Shown: positions 11,363 through 23,643, numbered from the whole stretch's first letter. The stretch: DNA of 32,511 bases, filler included, from Licmophora abbreviata (GCA_900291995.1; 29 parts of 29 records of this genome joined end to end with filler, not necessarily neighbours in it), one strand, 5' to 3'. The notes: generated by a model from the sequence alone, not told the origin. Translations and numbers: made by a program.

Positions 11363-12395
11363 CCTTTTATCCTGGGTGCCTGGAGCATCTGTAATTTCTG
11401 TCTGCTCTCTGGCAGACATAGGTTCGCTATGCATTGGCTCTTCTGGCAGAATACCATCGGCCTGTTCAGCGAGGAGAATAGTGCGGGAACAGTCACCTAC
11501 AGCAAGATTAATTACACCATTTTGGTGCTTGCCCTTGTCGGTGCCATCAGTGTCGCTGTCAAACGCTTCTTGTTGGGTAACTACTTCGGCGAGCGGACGT
11601 ACAGTAAGTGGCTGGTGCTTCTTGCGGGCTTTGCCGTGTTCGTCTCGAATCTCACTTGAGCTTGTCGGCTTCTATCTACAGGCGATATGGCGACCAACTC
11701 GCCAAGCTCATGAAGAAGATCCTTCTCATTAGCAAGGTCGCAAACCATGCGCGTCGAATCTATCAATTCGATGGCAAACTTCCATACGAACTCGAGCGTG
11801 TGATGGAATATCGGCAGCAGAGGAATGGAAGCTACGATACGGAGGTCGACGACATGAATCCGCGTCGCCGTCGTCTCTCTACGACGGACTCAAGTTTGTC
11901 TGAGCGTCCCGCACTGTACGCTTCGACTTTAGAGGGGTCACAGAAACAACGAGTTATGGAAATCCTTGGCGCGTTTGAAGAGCCGGACCTTCTCGACCGT
12001 GAACAGGTACGCACGGTACGCCTTTTCAAATAGGTTCGCACTCTTTGTTTTCTGAAAAAATATCTCCCCCTCTTGCATATTTTATAGGATAACACGTCCA
12101 TAACTGCAATGCTGGAGTTCCGACAAGCACTGACGTTCATGGATCATGACTTTCCATTTTCGGTTGCATTTGGGCCAGCCGAAAATAGAGAATCTTGCGT
12201 TCAATCCGCTCAACAGGTTTATGAGCGCCTCTTGATGCGACAGACTGAAGATGGGAGTGTTCTCGTGTTCGATACAATTGCCGAGCTGGCATTCGACGAA
12301 GATGACAATCTCAATGAAGACATGCTGCGAGACCTTGTTCGGCTTTTTAGACCTGATCGTAAAGGGCACTTGACGGTGTATGATTTGGTCAAGAG
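11363..12395 (-). other. No credible minus-strand gene in this contig (antisense shadows of the MscS-like gene)
   Basis: The short minus-strand ORFs lack motifs and overlap the plus-strand gene. Confidence 0.3.
11363..12395 (+). CDS. MscS-like mechanosensitive channel, internal fragment with two introns
   Basis: TM helices, VKRFLLGNYFGERTY, FPFSVAFGPA and the EF-hand-like LFRPDRKGHLTVYDLVKS are present. Introns lie at 11604..11681 (GTAAGT..CTACAG, phase off by one base) and 12007..12087 (GT..AG, in phase). The family call is from recalled diatom MSL proteins. Confidence 0.7.
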
Positions 12396-12495
12396 NNNNN
12401 NNNNNNNNNNNNNNNNNNNNNNNNNNNNNNNNNNNNNNNTTAATTAATTAANNNNNNNNNNNNNNNNNNNNNNNNNNNNNNNNNNNNNNNNNNNN

Positions 12496-13439
12496 ATGGT
12501 GCAGAGAGTCTCACTAAGAGACATCTGATCTTCAGGCTGAGCAAGCAGCTGGACTGGGCCCTCAATGTGTCGGAATTTGGGCAAGTTCGTCTTGCGGCGC
12601 CTGCTTTTAGACGGAGGGACGTGGTGTGCAGGATGCGTTGTGACAATGTTCGTGGAAACACCCTGATCACGTTGGTAGCCATCGCACGAGCCGCGGTACG
12701 GAGGGAAGGGATCACTAGCTCGATGATGCTCCATGTGTACGCGGTTGGCCACTTCTGCAACCTCACGATGGCTTCTCTCTTCGTTAAAACTGTGCGACGA
12801 AGACGCCATAGCACCACTGAAAGATCGAGCAATGCCCGTGTTGGCATATGGCCCCCAGTAGGATTCAGCGGTTGCAAAGCTGCCATTGCGGCTTACTGGA
12901 TGCTGAAAGGACGCTCGGGCTTCAGCGTACTGCCGTGGAACGCCAATAAAGGCACTTCTCGACGACTCTTCGCTCAAACGACCGCGCACATATCCTCCCT
13001 CGCCCCAGGCAGCAGGAAAGGACAGCGACTGCTGCATCGGATGCTGCAACCCTAGAGCAGACTCTCGTTCCTCCGAAGCAGCCCAGGACTTGGATCGTTC
13101 GCTTCCATAGACCCTAGGCATGAGCGTGGCGTCCTTCTTACTGGAAGATGGGTTTTTCTTGGTGCGTTTCGGAGGCATAAACGCTGGATGCATGCCACTG
13201 TTGGCGCTTCTGGGATCCGCATGATGCCAGAAGCTGCGCTTCATCGAGTCGGAAGAAGGCGCCATCAGCTTAGCCCCTCCTTCCCGATGACCAAACGACA
13301 CAGAGCGCTTCTGTGGACTCTGCGCAATTCGCATCGGTCGAGCGTCGATGGGAGGAGCACGCTCCCGCATCTCCTCTCGTTCCTCGACGGCCCCTTGACG
13401 AGCATCTGCACGCGGATGGCGGTCCTCTTCTCCAGTCAC
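12496..13439 (-). CDS. Hypothetical protein with a long low-complexity N-terminus, 3' truncated
   Basis: An ORF of about 315 codons ending in LLAQPEDQMSLSETLC, which resembles the start of a recurrent diatom domain of unknown function. Confidence 0.55.
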
Positions 13440-13663
13440 TGTGCGAGGGAAAGACGTCGGAGGGCCGTAGTGACCTTGTCCGGGACCGTGCGCAACATAG
13501 ACGGGGGCGCGATTCGACTCTTCACGGTNNNNNNNNNNNNNNNNNNNNNNNNNNNNNNNNNNNNNNNNNNNNTTAATTAATTAANNNNNNNNNNNNNNNN
13601 NNNNNNNNNNNNNNNNNNNNNNNNNNNNAACTCCGTGTGTCCATAGTGTAGCATGCTTTAATT

Positions 13664-14655
13664 TTAACGAAATGCGGCGGGATTCAGACAAGCAGTTGCA
13701 TCAGTCTTGGGACAGTCAACGGAAGTTTCGACTTTCACGGGGATGCCCTGTTTGTTGATGTCGTTGTGGTTGGGAGTTTCGTATCTAGCGACAGTGACAG
13801 CTACGCCCCCATTATTGTTAGACAACTCCCGAATTGTCTGCACGACGCCTTTTCCAAACGTCTGCTGGCCAACAATATTGGCTCGACCATTCTCTTTGAG
13901 AGCAGCGGCGAAGACTTCCGCGGCAGACGCTGTGTTGCCGTCGACAAGAACGACGAGTGGTGTCTCCAGGTCGATCCCGGGACCCAATGTCGCTTGCGAG
14001 TCCACGACGCCCTTTTTGTTCACAACAAAGACGATTGGCTCATTTGTATCGAGGAAGAGTGATGCAGTATCGACGCCGCCTGGAAGAGTCCACCCGGATT
14101 GCCTCGAATATCAAAGACAATCGTTTGTAGACCTTTCTTCTTCAGTTCATTGTACGCTGTCTTGACAGTGTCGGCAGTTGTTCCACTAAAGCTCTTGATA
14201 CGAATGACCCCCACTTTTCCTACGCCCGGGACCTTGGCTTCGTAACTCTTTACCGATGTAATCTTGATCGGTTCGCGTGTCAAGATGTAATCGAGCGTTT
14301 TTCCATTCCGCTCCATGACAACACCCACTTTGCTCCCAGAAGGTCCTCGCAACTGCACCGCAACATCGTCTGGTGTATCCTCGGCTTTATCAAAACGTGT
14401 CCCATCCACTTCGACAAAGATATCGCCCGGTTGGACCCCACCCTTGGCTGCCGGCGCATTAGTCTCGACATCCGACGCAATAATTCGTCCGTTGTCGCTC
14501 GCGATTTCAATGCCCACGCCCGCCAAAGTCCCCGTCGCAGAATCGACAATTGACTGATACTTGGAAGGAGGCAGATAGCGAGTATATTTGTCTCCCAAGG
14601 AAGCAATCATGCTTTGATGGCCGCTCTCGCTTCGTCCATATTTTTGTACCGCTTC
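13664..14655 (-). CDS. ctpA: C-terminal processing peptidase (S41A, D1-processing CtpA-like), 5' truncated, two single-base frameshifts
   Basis: SLGDKYTRYL, a PDZ domain (GVGIEI), DIRGNPGG, the catalytic TASAAE and TFGKG, and ARYETP. Frameshifts occur near 14613 and 14087. Confidence 0.92.
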
Positions 14656-14757
14656 NNNNNNNNNNNNNNNNNNNNNNNNNNNNNNNNNNNNNNNNNNNNT
14701 TAATTAATTAANNNNNNNNNNNNNNNNNNNNNNNNNNNNNNNNNNNNNNNNNNNNAG

Positions 14758-15785
14758 ACGGAGTGCTTCTTGCCTTTTCCGTCATTCCGACACATGAAAC
14801 GTGACGCGACTACGGCCACTGGCTGGCGCGTGAATCTCCGCAGCGATGTTCTGCCACCGCTCAGAGGTGGACAGGTGATGGAGCCCGGCTATATGAATGA
14901 GCTTGATGGCTTTAGTACGATGGCGCCGCTTATGTTTTATCTGGATGGCTTGAAAGAGGCAGACGAGGCGGGCGCAGGCGCAGTCAAACTGCAGGGCATG
15001 GAAAACATAGCATCGTCCATCACAGAGGAGTCTGTCACGCTGCTGCTGGACGTCGAGACAGGAACGTTGGTACCTCATGGAGCTGAAATCGACCATCTGG
15101 ATGGCGACCGGCCCCTTGTTCTCGTGTTTCCGGCAAGTCCGCTGAGGCACGACGCCCACTACGCTCTCGCAGTTGTCCATGCTTCTGACATCGACGGTAA
15201 TCGGTTGCCCCCCACGTGGGGCATGCGTCAGCTGCTTGAAGGGAACGGAGGCGGAGGGTCTGGTGATCGCGAGCGGCGAAGGCGGTATGAATCCGTTGTG
15301 ATTCCGTCACTGCTGAAGGCGGCACCGTGGCTCGACTACAAGAACGACGCTGAAGTGCTCCAGCTGCTGTTTGACTTTCAGACGGTCAGCTCAGTCTCGC
15401 AGCTTGGGCCTGTTCGCGCTGTACGAGATGCTACCATGGAGTACATTGGGAGCTCCAAGTGGGGAGACTGGAAAGATCGAGTGCGTGTCGTTAGACAGGA
15501 CGACTTTCTATGCGCCGATGAAGAAAATCTCTATGCTCGGAGCATACATGGCGAGATGGACGTGCCGTGGTTTCTAGAGGGCTTTGGTCGCGGGCACCGA
15601 AGGTCCTATCTTGACGCCTCTGCGGTCGCTAGGCATAGCCCTGTGACAATTGGAACGGCTAAGTTCGTGGTGCACATCCCGTGCTCGCTAAAGGCTGGTG
15701 CTCTTGATGGAACAAGCGGCAAGGAGCTACGTTCCGTGATGGAGTTTGGACACGGTCTTTTTGGGAACCGAATGGAAACAAACGA
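14758..15785 (+). CDS. Hypothetical alpha/beta-hydrolase-associated protein with a bacterial-type N-terminal region, both ends truncated
   Basis: Open across the whole contig with CFLPFPS, TGWRVNL, NELDGFST, VPHGAEID, PASPL and FGHGLFG. These recall uncharacterised lipase-like proteins of Myxococcota and Actinomycetota (from memory). Confidence 0.55.
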
Positions 15786-15885
15786 NNNNNNNNNNNNNNN
15801 NNNNNNNNNNNNNNNNNNNNNNNNNNNNNTTAATTAATTAANNNNNNNNNNNNNNNNNNNNNNNNNNNNNNNNNNNNNNNNNNNN

Positions 15886-16319
15886 TAGCGATCAGCCTGA
15901 CGCCACACGGTTTCGGTCTGAGGCTCGACGCCGGCATTGGCATCCAGAACGGCAACCGCACCATCCAGAACCGCCAGCGAACGCTCGACTTCGATGGTGA
16001 AGTCCACGTGGCCGGGCGTGTCGATGATGTTGAAGCGGAATTTGGCTTCCTGCGGCGTGTCGCCATAGATGCCGGTGGGGTTTTCGCCGTCCTCGGTGCG
16101 GAACCAGAAGGTGGTCGTCGCCGCCGAGGTGATGGTGATCCCGCGTTCCTGCTCCTGCTCCATCCAGTCCATGGTGGCCGCACCATCGTGCACCTCACCA
16201 AGCTTGTGCGACTTGCCGGTGTAGAACAGTATGCGCTCGGTGCAGGTTGTCTTACCCGCATCGATATGCGCCATGATGCCGAAATTGCGGTAGCGGTCGA
16301 GCGAAAATTCGCGTGCCAT
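15886..16319 (-). CDS. fusA: Elongation factor G, 5' part (Rhodobacteraceae-like)
   Basis: [27 protein letters not shown] and [18 protein letters not shown], directly downstream of rpsG. Confidence 0.98.
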
Positions 16320-16338
16320 GTCGTGAGCCTCTACGGGT

Positions 16339-16821
<483 letters not shown>

Positions 16822-16914
16822 TTACTTCGGACGCTTCGCGCCATATTTCGACCGGCGCTGCTTGCGGTCCTTGACGCCTTGCGTGTCCAGAACGCCGCGC
16901 AGGATGTGATAGCG
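16822..16914 (-). CDS. rpsL: 30S ribosomal protein S12, 3' end
   Basis: Manual translation gives [30 protein letters not shown], in str operon order. Confidence 0.97.
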
Positions 16915-17014
16915 NNNNNNNNNNNNNNNNNNNNNNNNNNNNNNNNNNNNNNNNNNNNTTAATTAATTAANNNNNNNNNNNNNNNNNNNNNNNNNNNNNN
17001 NNNNNNNNNNNNNN

Positions 17015-17956
17015 AAAAACTTTATTCCTGTGCCGCGACAGACTATGTATACCAAGGCAGCAGAAAAGGAACAAGAGACCCCCAGGACACACCAGATAGG
17101 AACAGACAAGCGCCGCATCCCCAATGTTCTCCTAGCTGGGGAGCAGAAGGCGGGCACATCCTTTATTTCATCTTGGCTGCTGGCACACGATGATGTGTGC
17201 GGTCCTGAACCCATTCCAGATGCCCCGGATTTCGGGGATAGAAATCCAAAGGAGTTGCACTTCTTCGATCCATGGAAACGCTTTCGAAAGGGAATTGGGT
17301 TTTATCGCAGCCGTTGGGTGCACTGTAGAAATACTACCTACATACTGGATGCTACGCCAGATTATCTGAGATATGCAGAAAGACTTCGACCAATCTACGA
17401 TGAGCAAGGCACGGGAAATGACCTCAAGATCATCATTTCTTTGCGAGAACCAGTAGCAAGAGAAATCTCATTCTACAACATGTTCTACAACAAGCAGGGA
17501 GGATCAAACCAGATGCTGATAAAGAAGCCTGAAGGGGGATTGAAGACGTTTGAAGAGTTCGTCGACTCTGTTTTCTTGCAAAATGTATCTTATGCGCGAA
17601 AATTTCATCGAGATAGTTTCTACTCTACACACCTGAGGCAGCTGTTTGCAGATTTTGATCGGAAGCAAATACTTGTCTTGTCCTTTGATGAGCTGAAGTC
17701 GGACCCTGACTCATTATTTGACCGCATCCACAGATTTCTAGGTCTTGCAGGCGACAAACTAGTTTTTGGAGAGGGCGATGGAACTCGGCATGCTAGCCAA
17801 TCCACCGCCGTTGCGCCGTGCTCTTTGCAAGAGCAACTTGCCCAGGTGTTTGAACCTTACAATGCGGAGCTTTACGAACTGCTGGATCAAAATCCGGGCC
17901 CCGAGATGGAGCAACGTCCTTTTCCGAAATTCAAGCGAAACTGTACAAGCCATTAA
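17015..17956 (+). CDS. Sulfotransferase of the heparan-sulfate 3-O/N-sulfotransferase type, 5' truncated
   Basis: LLAGEQKAGTS, KELHFFD, DATPDY, KIIISLREPVAREISFY and FEPYNAELY. Confidence 0.88.
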   Translation, partial: KNFIPVPRQTMYTKAAEKEQETPRTHQIGTDKRRIPNVLLAGEQKAGTSFISSWLLAHDDVCGPEPIPDAPDFGDRNPKELHFFDPWKRFRKGIGFYRSRWVHCRNTTYILDATPDYLRYAERLRPIYDEQGTGNDLKIIISLREPVAREISFYNMFYNKQGGSNQMLIKKPEGGLKTFEEFVDSVFLQNVSYARKFHRDSFYSTHLRQLFADFDRKQILVLSFDELKSDPDSLFDRIHRFLGLAGDKLVFGEGDGTRHASQSTAVAPCSLQEQLAQVFEPYNAELYELLDQNPGPEMEQRPFPKFKRNCTSH

Positions 17957-19268
17957 ACAAAGATTTGAGCTTCGATTCATCTATGCATAGACTGCCGTGC
18001 CAATCCAGATGCGCTACCATCGTTCTTAAAATGTGGAGATGCANNNNNNNNNNNNNNNNNNNNNNNNNNNNNNNNNNNNNNNNNNNNTTAATTAATTAAN
18101 NNNNNNNNNNNNNNNNNNNNNNNNNNNNNNNNNNNNNNNNNNNTTCTTCATTCATGCTACTTTGACATGCGCTCAAATTGCTCCTCCTCCTGCTACCGAG
18201 GACGCGGAGGCACTGGCACGACCTCCGAGCCCTGTTGACCCTCCATCCGCCGGTCCGACGGTGCTGAAGACGCGCCTTGTGCTCGGTGCTATGGTCGCAA
18301 GTATGGCGGTTGGTGTTCAACTTGTAGCTCTTTGCCAGGCGGCGCAGGTGTTCAGCTTCCCACGCTTCTGGAAGGCCAGAGCTTGACATGCGCGGTGATG
18401 GCCGATCGATCCTTTGTTTTCGATGGGGATGTAGCGGTGATCAACTCTGACGAGCTAGTCAGGAACGAGGCCATTCGGGCTCTTGGCAGAGTGTTGATTC
18501 CGTAAGGTTTCGTCCTTCCTGATCCTGTGGCGTCCAGCGAATGGCCACGTGCTGCTCCGGTCGTAGCTCCAAGTGCAGCCCCATCAGGAGCTCAGAGAGC
18601 CACGTCGAAGGCATCCTTCGGTAGTGCGTACGTCGTGATGGTCGGTATAGCATCTATGGCGAGTGTAGCTGTCACTTGTTCTAAAATTGCAGCCTAGTGC
18701 TTAGTACACGATACCGCTGATTGCATCAACAACCCGAAAGAGTCGAGTCGGTCAATGGAGATCATCATGAGGATTGAATGGTACTGTAATTTCGGTTTGG
18801 TGGCCATGAGTCTCGTATTGGCATGGTATGCCACTCTTTCCACATAGCAGGGTCTCCATATTTCTTGATTGTTTCTGTTTGCTGGAATCCATTCACCCGA
18901 AACCAGTCGTGCGGCTCAACTGGCGGATGCTCCAAAGCTTTAAGTCTGCCGTACTTGTGTCATACTCAGTGTATCCTCCGACTTGGCGACTCCATGAACT
19001 CCCATAGTGTGCTCATTTGAGATGTCCTCTGGAACGAAGGGTATGCAAAATCTGACTGCCAGAAACTGATACATCCAATGGAAAATAGCATTGCCCGCAT
19101 CGTGTGATACCTGGAACTCCCGACATTGCTTGACCAGTCCGCCTTGGCGTAGTCCACTTGAAAATCGGNNNNNNNNNNNNNNNNNNNNNNNNNNNNNNNN
19201 NNNNNNNNNNNNTTAATTAATTAANNNNNNNNNNNNNNNNNNNNNNNNNNNNNNNNNNNNNNNNNNNN

Positions 19269-20290
19269 AGGGATATCCGTTGACCATGATGAAAGGAATC
19301 ATTGACTACAAGCGCGACGATGCGGTTGCTACTCCAATGTCGGAGAAGTACATCGTGACAAAGCGTGGGAACAAGCATGTACGAAAGACCACAAAGGGAT
19401 GGAAGTTGTTGGTCAAGTGGGCAGACGAGACCGAAACGTGGGTTCCGCTCAAGGATATGAAGGAATCTCACCCAGTAGAGACAGCTGAGTTCGCCAAAGC
19501 ACGAGAGATTGCGGGTCAGCCAGCGTTCGCTTGGTGGGTACCCTACACCCTACGTCGAAGGGACGTCATTCTGTCAAAGATCAAGACTCGAATCCGTAAG
19601 ACCGATCGAAAGTATGGAATCGAGATCCCTACAAGTGTTGAGCATGCTATGGAACTTGACCGGAAGAACAACAATACGATGTGGCGTGACGCGCTTGCGC
19701 TGGAAATGAAGAACGTAGGACTTGCGTTCGAGATTCTGGAAGAAGGCAAGTCGGCGCCACCTGGCTGGAGGAAAGTAAGTGGGCACCTGGTGTGGGACTT
19801 AAAGATGGACTTCACCAGGAAGGCAAGATGGGTCCTCGACGGACACAAGACTCCAAGCCCAATTCAATCAACATATGCTGGTGTTGTCTCAAGAGAGAGT
19901 GTGCGAATTGCGTTTACCTACGCAGCGCTTAATGGGTTGGATGTGTGTGCCGCCGACATCCGCAATGCCTACCTCCAGGCACCGTCGTCGCAGAAGGATT
20001 ATATTGTTTGTGGGCCAGAGTTTGGCTTGGAGAATGTTGGAAAGGTTGCTCTGATTCATCGCTCGTGCCCTGTACGGCGGCAAGTCCGCCGGAGCTGACT
20101 TCAGGAATCATTTACGATCATGTATGAGGCACCTTGACTTCATCTCATGTCCAGCGGATCCGGATGTTTGGATGCGACCCGCCATCAAGTCGGACGGGAC
20201 GGAGTACTACGAATATATCCTTCTTTATACGGATGATTGCATTGCAGTGAGTGAGTTCCCAGAGAAACTACTGCGAGAAGAGCTCGGACG
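19269..20290 (+). mobile_element. Ty1/copia (CoDi-like) pol fragment: chromo-like segment plus reverse transcriptase, frameshifted near 20062
   Basis: WRDALALEM, HLVWDLKMDFTRKARWV and ADIRNAYL, then in the next frame ALYGGKSAG, ADPDVWMRP and the catalytic LYTDD. About 4 extra nt (CTCG) near 20062 break the frame. Confidence 0.93.
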
Positions 20291-20392
20291 NNNNNNNNNN
20301 NNNNNNNNNNNNNNNNNNNNNNNNNNNNNNNNNNTTAATTAATTAANNNNNNNNNNNNNNNNNNNNNNNNNNNNNNNNNNNNNNNNNNNNAG

Positions 20393-21313
20393 TTCAAGGC
20401 GGTCTGCAACCTCCCCATGCGCATCATCCCTCGCTTCAACAAAAACGCAACTCGGGCCAAACGTACGAAGCTGGCGGCGGCAGTGCTCAAGCAGGGTCAA
20501 GCTCTGGCCAGCCTGGGCAAGCTCACGTTATTCGAGTGTGATGCCATTGACCGCCCAGCATCCGGTCTGGGAGGGAAGACGCTCCGGGAGTTGCTCATGG
20601 CGATGACGACGGAGGACGGCAACAATAGGATCTTCATGACGGCTGAGGCGGCATGGCGCGGAGGCTTTTCAGTCTACTTTCCCAAAAAGTGAGAAGGGGA
20701 GGCCAGGGAACGACTGTCGTGCCTTGGAGCCTACCTCTTGAGGGACTGGGGAGAAGAGGCACTGAAGTGGTTTACACCGGAGGCGCAGGCAGAGGCGGTG
20801 GCCACCAAGTGGCACCCAGTGACGAACCGCCCCATCACGTTGATGGAGATGGAGTTAGACGATGCCGCAACGATGTGTGACTGGATCCAGGCCGCAGCCC
20901 TCCCGGCTGCCAACCCCCCTAACCTCCAACGCCCTGATCTCAAGCACACGCAGCCACCCATCGACTCGATCCAGATCCCGGCGTTCAATTTCGACGGGAT
21001 GGACGCGACCCTCTCGACATTTGGCGGACACACGGCGTCCAACCCCAAGGCCCCGACCCAAGTCCACCAGCCCAAACAACATCCGAGAGCCCCGCCCGAG
21101 GATGCCAGTGTGGTGTCGCGAGTCTCGGTCCTAGAATCCTCCTTGGAGAACCTGGACTCGAAACTGGATCGCATGATGAACATGCTTCTCCGCACCACGG
21201 AGTCACGCACCACACCCACGGAAGATCCCACGGAACAGGACACAACGGCGCCCAAGAACCATGCGGAACCAGCAGCCACCGAGGGCCAAGGGTCCTCAGA
21301 GGGATCATGGTAA
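20393..21313 (+). pseudogene. Probable non-LTR retrotransposon ORF1 C-terminal part with an in-frame TGA at 20690-20692
   Basis: ORFs 20417..20692 and 20738..21313 share a frame separated by one stop (FPKK*EGEARERLSCLGAYL..KWFT), and there is a C-terminal coiled coil (VSVLESSLENLDSKLDRMM). The ORF1 assignment is from recalled diatom LINE-associated proteins. Confidence 0.45.
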
Positions 21314-21511
21314 CGCTACGAGAGGCAAAGGGAGCTTCATCGCGGCAACCTTTGCTGACGACATTTTTTAGGACGAGAGAAGAGAGGGCGCAACAACAAG
21401 CGTTAACACAGNNNNNNNNNNNNNNNNNNNNNNNNNNNNNNNNNNNNNNNNNNNNTTAATTAATTAANNNNNNNNNNNNNNNNNNNNNNNNNNNNNNNNN
21501 NNNNNNNNNNN

Positions 21512-21762
21512 GCATTTCGTTCATCTTCGGCTGCTTTGCGTCGCGCCTTGGCTTCGACCTTGGCCTGTTTGCGCTGCTCGTCAATCTTACGCTGCTTCGG
21601 GTCTCCTGAATTCATGACATTTCGCTCAATGGACTTGATCTTCGATTGAACCACTTTTGACTTGTTCTTATTCTTCAAACCAAACGTCTTGTCTTCAACC
21701 ATCTTCTCTTTCTTCTTCTGCTGTGTCTTTTTGGACTCATCCTTTTTCTTTTTGGATGGCAT
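21512..21762 (-). CDS. ZC3H15: ZC3H15/Tma46 (DFRP1) family protein, 5' end
   Basis: MPSKKKK...KKEKMVEDKTFGLKNKNKSK is the family's N-terminal signature. Confidence 0.9.
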
Positions 21763-21991
21763 GATGGTGAGCGGATTCAATCAATGGATATGGATATTTC
21801 TGAGGCTTCACTTCGAGTCTGGTAAAAATCTACTGACGACAATGACTCCTTGTGAGAGTCAGGCAAATCTTGAGGTAGTGCGGGTTATCAATAGGGCGCT
21901 GGACGAGACCAACGACGTCAACAACGGCACACAGCTTTGGCCATGGCGTTTGTGGCCATCAAAAGCTCGCGATCAATTTTCGATTTCTGTG

Positions 21992-22021
21992 GCGCGCCTT
22001 GACGTCGCGCGCCTTGACGTC
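21992..22021. repeat. Perfect 15-bp tandem duplication (GCGCGCCTTGACGTC x2) in a divergent intergenic region
   Basis: Read directly from the sequence. Each unit contains TGACGT, and the repeat lies between starts at 21762(-) and 22281(+). Confidence 0.9.
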
Positions 22022-22280
22022 GGACAGACGTTTATTCAGGAATCAATCGTCTTGAGGCAGTACTAAGGCCTAGTACGTAAGTACCCCTGTGTGTAGCAAT
22101 TGGTATGTTTTTCGATCGATCGTCGGTCGAATGCCAGACTAACGGCTGTCTTCTCACATTTGAAACACATTTCGCGTGAAGAGAACGAAGCGTGGTTTCG
22201 TAGACGTGCATGGACGGAGGCAAGCAATTAACGAAACGAAACTGCAGTCATAAATTACGTTTGAGAAGGGAAGAACAAGC

Positions 22281-22530
22281 ATGACGATGAAAAACATGAT
22301 TTCCATCGGCCTTTTCTGCCTCGCGTACTTTCTGATCTCCTCTACGAACGCGGACCAACTCGATCAGCTTGATCCCTCGTGTCTTGACGAAGTAAGCGCA
22401 TATGCCCAGTGTGCCTTTATCAATGGTTGTACGAACGTGGACAAGTCGGGATGTGATGCCGAAGATTTTGAAAATCTCGGAGAGACTTGTGGGGAAGACT
22501 GTGCCTGTTTGAATCAAGGGTGCACCAGCT
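22281..22530 (+). CDS. Secreted Cys/Asp-rich protein, 5' part
   Basis: Signal-peptide-like MKNMISIGLFCLAYFLISSTNA followed by eight further Cys in about 50 acidic residues. Confidence 0.65.
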
Positions 22531-22630
22531 NNNNNNNNNNNNNNNNNNNNNNNNNNNNNNNNNNNNNNNNNNNNTTAATTAATTAANNNNNNNNNNNNNN
22601 NNNNNNNNNNNNNNNNNNNNNNNNNNNNNN

Positions 22631-23643
22631 GGAAAGCTGCCATCGGCCTGCAGGGTCTCAACGGCGGCAAAGGCTAGAGCCTGTGCACCTTTCGTGGCGA
22701 TGGTGGTGACCGGCCCCTGCCGTCCGCCGCTATCCTCGGCGCGTAAGAGATATGTCCCGGGCTTGAGCGGCACGACGGCAATCGCCTCGGCGCCGGCCAC
22801 CCGGTCCATCGAATAGCTGTTGGCCCAGCTGGCTGGCGTCTCGCCGCTATGGCGAATGACGATATTACCCGCCACCCGCACATCCGCATCCGCCGCCCGC
22901 GCCCATTTAAGGATCGCAAGGCCACCTACCGTCTGCAGCGTGACGTTCTGCAACGCCACAGGCGGCGCGCTGAGCCCCGCGATCTCCGCGCGTCCCACAC
23001 GCCATTCGGAGGAGACCCCCAAGGATGAGACCGCCTTGACGCGGATCTCCCACTGCCCTGGCTTGGCATCCCGGATCTCCAGATGGGTTCCCGCCTGGCG
23101 GCCATATTCGACCCAGGGCCCACCATCGCGGCGCGCCTCGATCTGGTAGGTCTCGGCAAAGCTCGAGGGCGCGGGCGCCCACTGGGCCGTGATCAGCACC
23201 TTGGCGCCCCCGCCATCGCGGGTGACATAGAGCGCCTCTGTGATCTCCGGCACGCCCGGCGCGGTGGTGCGGAAGGCCGAAGGCAGCCGCGTGCGCGGGG
23301 CCGCAGCATAGATCTGTTCCTCGGAGGCGTCCCAGTCATAAACACGCGGCGAGGTCTCGCGCAGGATCAGCTCGGGGACCAGCATCACCCCCTCGCCCAC
23401 GGCACTCAGATCGAGCCGGGCCGATTGCACCTCGAAGGGTTTGCCCGCAAAGCCCCATCGGGCATAGTCGAGATGAACCGTGTCGCCCGCAGCGGCTTTC
23501 CAGGCGCTGAGCTTGCCCGACCATTTGATCATCTGCTGGCGTCGGCCGCGCTCAAGCTCGATCTTGGCAATGCGCTGTGCGGCCGAGGACGAGATCGTGA
23601 AGGGCAGCGAGATATCCCGCCAGACCCGCTCACCGCCATCCTC
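22631..23643 (-). CDS. Phage tail-tip / host-specificity protein with an Fn3-like domain (alphaproteobacterial prophage-like), internal fragment
   Basis: High GC and open across the contig: DISLPFTISSSAAQRIAKIELERGR, LRETSPRVYDW, and the Fn3-like WEIRVKAVSSLGVSSEW. Confidence 0.85.

Noticed and set aside
18144..19168. Short ORFs, possibly a decayed gene or element
   Set aside because: No motif I can support, and stops occur in all frames.
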